From NCBI RefSeq assembly GCF_009914755.1, contig NC_060928.1: 64,000 nucleotides of DNA; one strand, 5' to 3'. The notes beneath the pieces were generated by a model, which worked only from the letters and a program-made list of their open reading frames with translations, was not told the origin of the DNA and searched no databases. Below, in pieces: positions 16,027 through 27,669 of this stretch. The stretch comes from the human T2T-CHM13v2.0 reference genome, Homo sapiens. Numbering within the stretch: the first letter of the stretch is position 1; each line of letters opens with the position of its first letter. The translations under genes were made by a program, and so were the position numbers.

Positions 16027-16297
16027 GGCCGAGCACAGTGGCTCACGCCTGTAATCCCAGGACTTTGGGAGGCTGAGGTGGGTTGATCAAGAGGTCAGCA
16101 GTTCGAGACCAGCCTGGCCAACATGGTGAAACCCCATCTCTACTAAAAATACAAAAATCAGCTGGGCGCAGTGGCAGGTGCCTGTAATCCCAGCTACTTG
16201 GGAGGCTGAGGCAGGAGAATCACTTGCCTAGATTGTGCCACTGCACTCTAGCCTGGGCAACAGAGCAAGGCTCCATCTCAAAAAAAAAAAAAAAAAA
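16027..16297 (+). mobile_element. AluS nested in L1 ORF1, with an internal deletion in the right arm
   Basis: TSD aagactgaacctaca (16012-16026) / aagacggaacctatg (16298-16312). Confidence 0.93.
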
Positions 16298-19200
16298 AAG
16301 ACGGAACCTATGATTGATTGGAATACCTGAAAGTGATGGGGAGAGAATGGAACCAAGTTGGAAAACACACTTCAGGATACTATCCAGGAGAACTTCCTCA
16401 ACCTAGCAAAACAGGCCAACATGCAAATTCAGGAACTACAGAGAACACCACTAAGATACTCCATAAGACAATAAACCCCAAGACACATAATCATCAGATT
16501 CTTCAAGGTCAAAATGAAGGAAAAAATGTTAAGAGCAGCCAGAGAGAAAGGCCAGGTCACCTACAAAGGGAAGCCCATTAGACTAATAGCAGACCTCTCA
16601 GCAGAAACCCTACAAACCAGAAGAGAGTGGGGGCCAATAGTCAACATTCTTAGAGGAAAGAATTTTCAACCCAGAAATTCATATCCAGCCAAACTAAGCT
16701 TCATAAGTGCAGGAGAAACAGAATCCTTTCCAGACAAGCAAATGCTGAGAGATTTCATCACCACCAGGCCTGCCATGCAAGAGCTCCTGAAGGAAGCACT
16801 AAATAGGAAAAGGAAAAACTGATACCAGTCACTGCAAAAACACACCAAAATATAAAGACTAATGGCACCATGAAGAAACTGTATCTAACAGTGTGGAAAA
16901 TAGCCAGTTAGCATCATGATGACAGGATCAAATTCACACATAACGATATTAAACTTAAATGTAAATGGGCTAATGCCCCAATTAGACACAGACTGGCAAA
17001 TTGGATAAAGAGTCAAGACCCATTGGTGTGCTATATTCAGGAGACCCATCTCATGTGCAAAGACATACATAGGCTCAAAATAAAGGGGTGGAGGAAAGTT
17101 TATTAAGCAAATGCAAAGCAAAAAGAAGCAGGGTTCGCAATCCTAGTCACTGACAAAACAGACTTTAAATCAACAAAGATCTAAAAAGACAAAGAAGAGC
17201 ATTACATAATGGTAAAGGGATCAATGCAACAAGAAGAGCTAACTATCCTAAATATATATGCACCCAATACAGGAGCACCCAGATTCATAAAGCAAGTTCT
17301 TAGAGACCTACAAAGAGACTTAGACTCCCACATAATAATAGTGGGAGACTTTAACACCCCACTGTGAATATTAGCCAGATCAACAAGACAGAAAATTAAC
17401 ACGGATATTCATGATTTGAACTCAGCTCTGGATCAAGTAGACCTAATAGACATCTGCAGGACTCTCCACCCCCCAAATCAACAGCATATACATTCCTCTC
17501 AGTGCCACATGGCACATATTCTAAAATCAACCACATATTTGGAAGGAAAACACTCCTCAGCAAATGCAGAAGAGATGAAATCATAACAGTCTCTCAGACC
17601 ACAGTGCAATCAAATTAGAATTCAAGATTAAGAAATGCACTCAAAACCATACAACTACACGGGAATTGAACAAGCTGCTCCTGAATGACTCCTGGGTAAA
17701 TAATGAAATTAAGACAGAGATCAAGAAGTTCTTTGAAACCAATGAAAACAAAAAGACAATGTACCAGAATCTCTGGGACACAGCTAAGGCAGTGTTAAGA
17801 GGGAAATTTATAGCACAAATGCCCACATCAGAAAGCTAGAAAGATCTCAAATCAATGCCCTAACATCATAATTAAAAGAGCTAGAGAAGCAAGAGCAAAC
17901 AAATCCAAAACTAGTAGAAGATAAGAAATATCTAAGGTCAGAGCAGAACTGAAGGAGATAGAAACATGAAAAACCCTTCAAAAAATCAATGAATCCAGGA
18001 GCTGGTTTTTTGAAAAAATTAACAAAATAAATAAATACACTACTAGCTAAACTAATAAAGAAGAAAAGAGAGAAGAATCAAATAAACCCAATAAAAAATG
18101 ATAAAGGGGATATCACCACTGACCATACAGAAATACAAACTATCATCAGAGAATATCATAAACACCTCAATGTAAATAAACTAGAAAATCTAGAAGAAAT
18201 AGATAAGTTCCTGGACACATATACCCTTCCAAGACTAAGCCAAGAAGAAGTCAAATACCTGAATAGACCAATAACATGTTCTGAAATTGAGGCAGTTATT
18301 AATAGCCTACCAACCAACCAAAAAAAAAAAAAAAAAAAAGCCCAGGACCAGGCGGATTTATAGCCAAATTCTATCAGAGGTACAAAGAGGAGCTGGTACC
18401 ATTCCTTCTGAAGCTACTTCAAACAATTGGAAAGGAAAGACTCCTCCCGAACTCATTTTATGAGGGCAGCATCATGCTGATACCAAAACCTGGCAGAGAC
18501 ACAATAAAAAAAGAAAACATCAGGCCAATATTCCTGATGAACATCAGTGTGAAAATTCTCAATAAAATACTGGTAAACTGAATCCAGCAGCACATTAAAA
18601 AGCCTATCCACCACAATCAAGTCAGCTTCATCCCTGGGATGCAAGGCTGGTTCAACATATGCAAATCAATAAACATAATCCATCACGTAAACAGAACCAA
18701 TGACAAAAACCACATGATTATCTCAATAGATGCAGAAAAGGCCTTTGATAAAATTCAACATCCCTTCATGTTAGAAACTCACAATAAGCTAGATATTGAT
18801 GGAAAATATTGAAAAATAATAAGAGCTATTTATGACAAACCCGCAGTCAATATCATACTGAATGGGCAAAAGCTGAAAGCATTCCCTTTGAAAACCGGCA
18901 CAAGACAAGGATGCCCTCTGTCACCACTCCTATTCAACGTAGTATTGGAAATTCTGGCCGGGGCAATCAGGCAAGAGAAAGACATAAGCGGTATTCAAAC
19001 AGGAAGAGAAAGTCAAATTGTCTCTGTTTCAGATGACATGATTCTATAGTTAGAAAATCCCATTGTCTCAGTCCCAAAACTCCTTAAGCTGATAAGCAAC
19101 TTCAGCAAAGCCTCGGGATACAAAATCAATGTGCAAAAATCACAAGCATTACTATACACCAACAATAGGCATGCAGAGAGCCAAATCATGAGTGAACTCC

Positions 19201-20064
19201 CATTCACAATTGCTACAAAGAGAATAAAATACCTAGGAATACAGCTAAGAAGGGATGTGAAGGACCTCTTCAAGGACAACTACAAACCACTCTTCAAGGA
19301 AATCAGAGAGGACACAAACAAATGAAAAAACATTCCATCCTCATATTGATTCTCAGGAAGAATCCATATTGTGAAAATAGCCCTACTGCCCAGAGTAATT
19401 TATAGATTCAATGCTATTCCCATCAAACTACCATTGATATTCTTCACAAATTAGAAAAAAAACACTTTAAATTTCATATGGAACCAAAAAAGAGTCCATA
19501 TAGCCCAGACAATCCTAAGCAAAAAGAGGCTGGAGGCATCATGCTACCTGACTTCAAACTATACTACAAGGCTACAGTAACCAAAACAGCATGGTACTGG
19601 TACCAAAACAGACATACAGACCAAAGAAACAGAACAGAGAACTCAGAAATAACAGCACACATCTACAACCATCTGATTTTCGACAAACCTGACAAAAACA
19701 AGCCATGGGGAAAGGATTCCCTGTTTAATAAATGGTGCTGGGAAAACCGCTAGCCATAGACAGAAAACTGAAACTGGGCCCCCTTCCTTACACCTAAACA
19801 AAAATTAACTCAAGATTGATTAAAGACTTAAATGTAAATCCCCAAACCATAAAAACCCTAGAAGAAAACCTAGGCAATACCATTCAGGACATAGGCATGG
19901 GCAAAGACTTCATAATGAAAACACCAAAACCAATTGCAACAAAAGCCAAAATTTACAAATGGGATCTAATTAAAGAGCTTCTGCACAGCAAACAAAACAA
20001 AACAAACAAACAAAAAACTATCACCAGAGTGAACAGGCAACCTACAGAATGGGAGAAAATTTTT

Positions 20065-20172
20065 AAAAAAATATTTTGTTTTAAATTATTATGGGTACGT
20101 ATTTATAGGGTACATGTGATATTTTGATACAAGTATACAATGTATAATGATCAAATCTGGGTAACTGAAATA
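20065..20172 (-). mobile_element. Short L1MA/L1PB-type 3' end nested in L1 ORF2
   Basis: 19-bp TSD agaatgggagaaaattttt at 20046-20064 and 20173-20191; insert contains gggtacatgtgatattttgatac. Confidence 0.8.
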
Positions 20173-20889
20173 AGAATGGGAGAAAATTTTTTGCAACCTA
20201 TCCATCTGACAAAGGTCTAATATCCAGAATCTATGAGGAACTTAACCAAATTTACAAGAAAAAAAAAAACCTCATTAAAAAGTGGGCAAAGGATATTAAC
20301 AGGCATTTCTCAAAAGAAGACATCCATGTGGCCAATAAACATGAAAAAAGCTCAACATCACTGATCATTAGAGAAATGAAAATCAAAATCACAATGAGAT
20401 ACCATCTCATGCCAATCAGAATGGCAATTATTAAAAAGTCAAGAAACATAGATGCTGATGAAGGTGTGGAGAAATAGGAACACTTTTACGCTGTTGGTGG
20501 CCATGTGAGTTAGTTCAACCATTATGGAAGACAGTGTGGTGATTCCTCAAGGATCTAGAACCTGAAATACCATTTGATGCAGGAATCCCATTACTGGATA
20601 TATACCCAAAGTAATATAAATTATTCTACTATAAAGACACATGCACACAAGGTTATTGCAGCACTATTTACAATAGCAAAGACATGGAACCAACCCAAAT
20701 GCCCATCAATGATAGACTGCATAAAGAAGATGTGGTACATATACACCATGGAATACTATGCAGCCATAAAAAGGAATGAGATCATGTTTTCTACAGGGAC
20801 ATGGATGAAGCTGGAAGCCATCATCCTCAGGAAACTAACACAGGAACAGAAAACCAAACAGTGTATGTTAGCCACCGTGCCTGGCCAGA

Positions 20890-21440
20890 CTTCTTTTGTT
20901 TAATTTTATGATTTTCATTTTTGTTGTAGGGTGATATTCTATTGTATGACTATAACAAAATCTATCCATTCTACTGATGATGGATATTTGGTTGTTTCCA
21001 CTGTTTGGCTATGATTAATAATGCTTCTTTGAATATTCCTGCACATGTACATACATTTATATCGTATTTACTTTAGCATGGAATTCCTAGGTCATAAGAT
21101 ATGTATATGATATCCTTTTTTAGATAGTACCATTTTGCAATTTTATTAAAGCAATTTACACTCCCCCATTCTTGCCAGTTCTTCATATTGGCAACTTTTA
21201 ATTTTTACCCATTCTGATACATGTGTAGTGGTGATATATTACAATGGCTTTAATTTTCATCTTTCTTATTTCCAATAATGTTGAGCCTTTTTTTCTTACA
21301 TTTATTGGCCACTTCTTTTTTTCTGATGTGCCTAATCCAACTCTTTGCTCATTTTCTATTATGTTATTGGTCTTTCAAAAATTTATTTGTAGTCGTTTTT
21401 CATGCATTCTAGATACAACGTATTTTTTAATTTATATATA
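20890..21440 (-). mobile_element. Old L1M 3' region (continues ~22530-22745)
   Basis: atattctattgtatg...tatccattctactgatgatggatatttgg...; resumes attgcaaatatcttttctcac after the LTR. Confidence 0.8.
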
Positions 21441-21587
21441 TTGTATAGAAATTAAAAATATGCTATTCTGGCATATCGACTATTTTTAGTTAAAGCCATT
21501 TGAAAACAGCAGGTACAAGATCACTCTGACCTTTGTGCTGTTTCTTAAAAGCAGATTACATTCCCATGTGAAAGATGTACTCCCTCA

Positions 21588-21965
<378 letters not shown>

Positions 21966-22044
21966 CTAGCCTTCTCTTATAATTTACTTTTTTTTTTAAA
22001 CCTTAGTGCTCTTCAATTCAGTATGTGTTATGTGTTCAACTCTT

Positions 22045-22347
22045 TTTTTGGCGGGGGGGAGGGGAGGGGACTGAGCCTCGCTTTATCGCCCAGGCTGGAG
22101 TGCAGCGGCGCGATCTCTGCTCACTGCAAACTCCGTCTCCCGGGTTCACGCCATTCTCCTGCCTCAGCCTCCTGAGTAGCTGGGACTACAGGCGCCCGCC
22201 ACCGCACCCGGCTAATTTTTTGTATTTTTAGTAGAGACGGGGTTTCACCGTGTTAGCCAAGATGGTCTCGATCTCCTGACCTCGTGATCCGCCCGCCTCG
22301 GCCTCCCAAAGTGCTGAGATTACAGGTGTGAGCCACCGCGCCCGGCC
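22045..22347 (-). mobile_element. AluY-like, CpG-rich, with an atypical 3' end
   Basis: gggttcacgccattctcc, ccgtgttagccaagatggtctcgatctcc; TSD gtgttcaactctt at 22032-22044 and 22348-22360. Confidence 0.95.
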
Positions 22348-22749
22348 GTGTTCAACTCTTAACTGTATTTTGGGGTCTTCATTTTCTTATGAAGGCTCCT
22401 GTGCCATGTAGAACTTCTATTAACTTTGTATGATTTTCTCTTGTTGATCTGTCTTATGTCAACTTAATTCTCAGGTCTAGCTGAAAAAAACCCTAAGACG
22501 GTAAAAGTAAAATTTTCCCACCCCTACAATTGCAAATATCTTTTCTCACTCTGTTATTTCGCCTTTTAATCTTACAATAGCGTCTTTTGAATAACAAAAA
22601 GTTTCTAATTAAGAAAAATTTAGCATTATTTCCTTTAAATCCCTTTTATTTGTGATACTAAAATCTGTTTTTAAATCATCTTTAAAACTTTTCTTTACCT
22701 TGAAGTCATCAAGATATCATCTTATATTATTTTCCAAAAGCTATATTTC

Positions 22750-23605
22750 CCATTCTCTCTTCTCGTCATTCCAACATGACTTTTTCCCCTACTTCACTGA
22801 AACTGTTCTTGTAAATGCCACAAAATTTATATTTCCTATCTCAATCCCTCCCCTGAGCTACAGATATATATTCACAACATTTTACCTGTTCTCATAGCTT
22901 GTACATTTCAAATGTATCAGATTCAGAAAGAAACTCTTGATTTTCTACTCTTCAAACTTGGTTCTCCTCCCAGATTTTCCTCTCTCAGTTATTTTCTATC
23001 TCAGGACCAAAACTTAAGTCAACTTGGATTTCTCTCTTTTCTTCAGCACCTAAATCTAATCAATTGGAAATTATTATTTTTTTCCTATGGGTATTTCCTA
23101 AATTTCAATATTTTCTACCATCTTCACTGCTAGCTCCTTAATCAAAGTCAAGCTCATCCTTTTCCTAGATGACTGCAATGGTCTATTGATTAGTTTCACT
23201 TTTACTCTTGTCCTCTGGTAGTTCTCTGTAGAGTAGCCAGATTCATCTTTAGAAAATGGAAAATTGATCATATGATTTCCCTCCATACTCATGTCCTCAC
23301 ATTTAGAATAAAACAGAAACTTATTTATGTGGCCCACATGTCTATTTCTTCAGCCTCACCTAATACCAGTCTCCCCTTCATTAATTTTGTTCCAGCCACA
23401 CTGGCTTCTTACTGTTTTCCAAACCCACCAACTTTGTAGTTACCTCAGGAACTTTATACTTGCTTTTTCTTTTGCCTGTCTTGCTCTTTCCCAGAATTCA
23501 GTTTGACTGGCCTAGGATAGTATCTGGCACATGGCAAGCGAGCAAAAACTATTGATAAATAAATAAATGGATGGTTAAAAAAATGAATGAATGGATAGAT
23601 GAATA
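22750..23605 (+). mobile_element. L2 3' region
   Basis: ctagatgactgcaatggtct..., tccagccacactggcttctt, ends tatctggcacatgg...aataaatggatg. Confidence 0.8.
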
Positions 23606-23654
23606 AATTTTGCAGAAAAATCTCTTTCTGAACATGTCAACCGTCTTAAAAACA

Positions 23655-23888
23655 ATCTTAATTGATTCAGGTGGTAAAAGTATAGTTTTATTGTATAGAT
23701 ATATTGAGCAGTGGTGAAGTCTTGACTTGTCGTGCACCCATCACCTGAATTGTGAACATTGTAACCAACAGGTACTTTTTCAATCCTCACCCACCTCTCC
23801 CTTTTGAATCCCCAGTGTCTATTATTTATTCCCCACTATATGTCCATGTGTACCCATTGTTTAGCTCTCACTTGTAAGCAAGAACATG
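23655..23888 (-). mobile_element. L1PB/PA16-type 3' UTR fragment
   Basis: ccccagtgtctattatt...tatgtccatgtgtacccattgtttagctctcacttgtaag. Confidence 0.8.
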
Positions 23889-24399
23889 TGTCAACAGATT
23901 TTAATTGCACTAGTAATTTCAGTATAACTTGTATGGTTGGAGGTAGGTTAAATGTAATGGCATTCGTGGAAAATGCCCTGTTTGTTTTCTGAATCATCTC
24001 ATCAATTTCATTTGGTTGCCTTTTTTCCAAAATGGATTGTTACTTAATTCACATTGTGATTGGTTTGATTTCTTTAGGTGATTTGTTTCATAGTTGAGTA
24101 CCAGATTAAACAAACTAACAAATCGATATCCAAACTCTGAAATTCCTCTTCCTCTCAGAGATCTTATGATCCTCAGAACTGCTTATTATGGGTAGCATCT
24201 TAGACTGTGTAGCAGCCTTGGGAATAATCTGATTTTAAGCCCAACTCATTACAGAAATCTTTCAAAACATTTCCGCAAAATATCACCGCAGGTGATTATC
24301 CAGCTTCTGCTTAAAAATCTCCCATGATTTAAAAAATGCTCCCATGGAAAGAAATCTCTTTCTCCAAATGACAACTACTTCCTTTATAAATAACCCACC

Positions 24400-24577
24400 A
24401 AGCCTGATGCTGTGGTGCGTGCCTGTAGTCCCAGCTACTTGGGAGACTGAGGCAGGAGGATCACCTGAGCCCAAGAATTTGAGGCTGTAGTGTGCTATCA
24501 TTGCACCTGTGAATAGCCACTGTACTCCAGCCTGGGTAATATAGTGAGATCCTGTGTCTAGATTAAAAAAAAAAAAG
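24400..24577 (+). mobile_element. Alu monomer (FAM/FRAM-like)
   Basis: gtggtgcgtgcctgtagtcccagctac...gtgaatagccactgtactccagcctggg...poly-A. Confidence 0.88.
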
Positions 24578-26034
24578 ACATGCAATGAAACACCAGAAAT
24601 AGAGAAGGAGATAACCTGTTTCCCCTACAGAAGATTAATCAAACTGACTGTTTTGAAATGAAAAGGACTAGGTTTGATATCTGGATTATGTAGACATGTA
24701 ATAAATATAAAGAGAAAAATCTATTTTTGGTCTCACTGAACCATTTCATATTTAGCAAGTTGGAAAGAAAAGGAAGTGAGTTGTGTAAACGAGAGCCTGT
24801 GAAGGTTTTAGATTCATAATCTGAGAAGTTCTTAGTCTCCTTTTCCCTAACCACAGGGAAATTATCATGGTTTGTGGCAAATTGCTGCTCTGAAAGACTG
24901 TTTTGATTTTATTATAAATTAAACATATTTTTATTAGTCTTCTATGACCTTCCCATTCTTGTGTTATCTTGTCAGAAATGTTGTACTCTATCATTTCATC
25001 CTTTTTGTTATATTGCATAATGTGTTTGTCAACATCACTATTCTCTGCGTGTCTTAAGGGCAAGTATTATGTCTTATTTATCTTCGTTTCATTGGTTAGC
25101 AGAGAACCTCAAACATAGTAGGACTCAATACATTTATTAAAGGAACAGTTTACATTCTGTAATTAAGACGTTCAATTAGTGCAATAAGTAGTAAACTGTT
25201 TGCTCTAAACTTTCTTGGATAATTCTCTTTTCATTAGTTCTGTTCACTATTTTAAACTCAGGAGGATTCAGTTTTAGTGCCAAATATTCACTTCGTTTGA
25301 CACATTTTTTAATTGATTAGTATATGTGCTTTTAAAAATTGATTAGTATGTATGCTGAACAGGATTTTCCTTGTTCAATCTTTCTACAACTGAATTAGGG
25401 TGCTAGAAAGTTTCTTCCAGAGCTCCCAGAATGATTTTTTAAGGACTGAAAGCATTTATAAATCGCCACTCCTCCATAACTACTCAAAATTACTTTCATG
25501 AAGCCATACATAGGTGTCAGGAAAAGTGAATTTATCAGTACATAAAAAAGAAGCTCTTAAAATAAATGCTCCCCTAGTTTTCAAATATCTTTTCACAAAA
25601 TATGCATATTTTGCTAAATAATTTTTTGTTTTCAATAAATAATTGAATTTGCTCTATTTTCTGCTAAATAATTATCTTCTTTTATATAGCTTTCAATACA
25701 TAAGAATAAACACAAATATCTCTGCTATTATATGAGGGCAGCTGCACACACAAACACACAAACACACTCAAGCACAAAGTCTCCCTCCCCTTGAGACTTA
25801 CCCTAAATTACCAGTTCAATGTTGTCTTCACAGGGTGCAACTGAGGAGTGTCAAGCTGGACGCTTGCCTCAATTATAGCGCTGGATTAAAAGGCAGCAGA
25901 AAGTGCCAAGCCTTTAGTAGAGTATATGGGGCGGTTCTTTCATTGCAGAACCAATTAAATAAATGGTTTTGAATTGTCCTTCAAAAGTCATAACTTCCAT
26001 AAATAATTAGGCAGGGAAATTATTTTAAAAAGAA

Positions 26035-26040
26035 TTTATT
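26035..26040 (-). terminator. Distal polyadenylation signal AATAAA
   Basis: tttatt on + strand ~1.44 kb after the stop; a second AATAAA at 26127-26132. Confidence 0.65.
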
Positions 26041-27315
26041 TGAAATAAAGTATAGCAAAGATTTGTTTGTACAGTTCGCCAAGAGTTGGTTGCATTTTCA
26101 ACTCCCTTTCCCTAAAAGTAGATGGCTTTATTGTAGGTGTTTGCACAATTTTACATCAGGAAATACAAGAAGTTTTCAGCAAATGTATGGAGCAGTCCTG
26201 ATGCCCAGATGCAGGGAGTTAGCTTGTAGAAGGAGGAAGCTCTGACGCATAGATGATCATGCATAGGCAAACTTTAGCTGTACTAGGAGCTCATAAAAAC
26301 TCAGGAATATTAGTGATTCAGACTACAGAGATTTTCATGCCATTACATTTTAGTGGATTTAATTTACATTATATTCTTTGGTCGGGGAGGCATGTGTATG
26401 AGAAGGGGAGAGAGAGAGAAAGAAAATGAGAGAGGAAGAGTGACAAAGTTTTTTCTGTCTTCAGGATCATTCTATTGATATTAAGCTATTTAAACTTTTC
26501 CTTTGCAAACCAACTCTTCCCCCTCTTTAAACTTTCAATTCATTACTTAGATTTAGCGTTTGACGACCCTTTTACGCTCAAAAATATAACTGCCAGTGAT
26601 AGGAAGTCTGTAGTGGGACGTTCTTCCCGATGATTAAATTTTTCATTCTTAAAATTATTATTTTGTTGTTAAAAAGTACTATGTAGTTGTAAAGCACCTG
26701 ACAAGTTTGTGTAGGTATATTTCTTAGCTTCTCTATAAAATAGATATAGTCTCTCCTTTATGTAGATGAGTGATATTTTTCATGGGTCATCATGAAAAAT
26801 ATCTATAATTCTTTGGGTCTCAGTTGAGGAGTGAACTATTTTAGCTTTTGCCTTAAATAGCTGAAAATTATCCACTATTTCCTATGGAAGCATGTTCTTA
26901 CAGAATAATTAAGGTTAGGTTATACGTATAGTACAACAGTTTCACATTTTTAATTTTAGGACTCATACTAAGTATAAGATATTGAGTAACCAAAAATTTT
27001 AAATACATATTATTTCTCTTGCCTCATACTGTTCTTTTTGTCTTGAATATTATTCTATCACTTTTTCCTTTGCATGTTTCCACAGTTTGCTTACTTCTCA
27101 TCCTCAGTGAAACCCAGAGAAGACCCCTCTGACCCATCAGACCTGTGCAGGTTCCTCTACTATACATGCTCAAGGTTCCTGTTCTTCTCACTACGGGCAT
27201 TTAGCACAACTGTAATGAAATTGTTAACTTTGTAATTAGTTTAGTGTGTTTCTTCTGTTACACAGCCACAGTACTATGCAACATTCATATAGTTCTCTGG
27301 AGAAAATAGAAAACC

Positions 27316-27321
27316 TTTAAT
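27316..27321 (-). terminator. Candidate proximal polyadenylation signal ATTAAA
   Basis: tttaat on + strand 160 nt after the stop codon. Confidence 0.5.
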
Positions 27322-27480
27322 AATAAAGAAAGGTTAAACAGTGTTTGTTAAACCATATTTATGTAACAAGATGTTAAATTAGGACATTTCTAGTTTCTTT
27401 TTCAGTTGAAATGTAAAGCTTTGGAATTTAAGACAGGCACACCTGCATACAGACTTTGCAACAGGGATGCACTTGTTGCA

Positions 27481-27669
<189 letters not shown>

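Larger units (their letters stand above)
14238..20869 (+). mobile_element. Near full-length inactive L1PA (older primate subfamily): 5' UTR, ORF1 (~15547-16822), ORF2 (~16919-20869); 3' UTR missing
   Basis: 5' end ggggggcggggccaagatggcc; ORF1 fragments (MKEKMLRAAREKGQVTYKGKPIRL); ORF2 start ATGACAGGATCAAATTCACAC; many stops and frameshifts. Confidence 0.96.
26020..27480 (-). other. TMPRSS11D: TMPRSS11D 3' UTR (long form; 3' end approximate)
   Basis: From the stop codon to ~15 nt past minus-strand AATAAA at 26035-26040. Confidence 0.7.

Noticed and set aside
14233-20903. Dense cluster of ORFs suggesting an operon-like unit
   Set aside because: All are sense or antisense fragments of one decayed L1; neither ORF1 nor ORF2 is intact.
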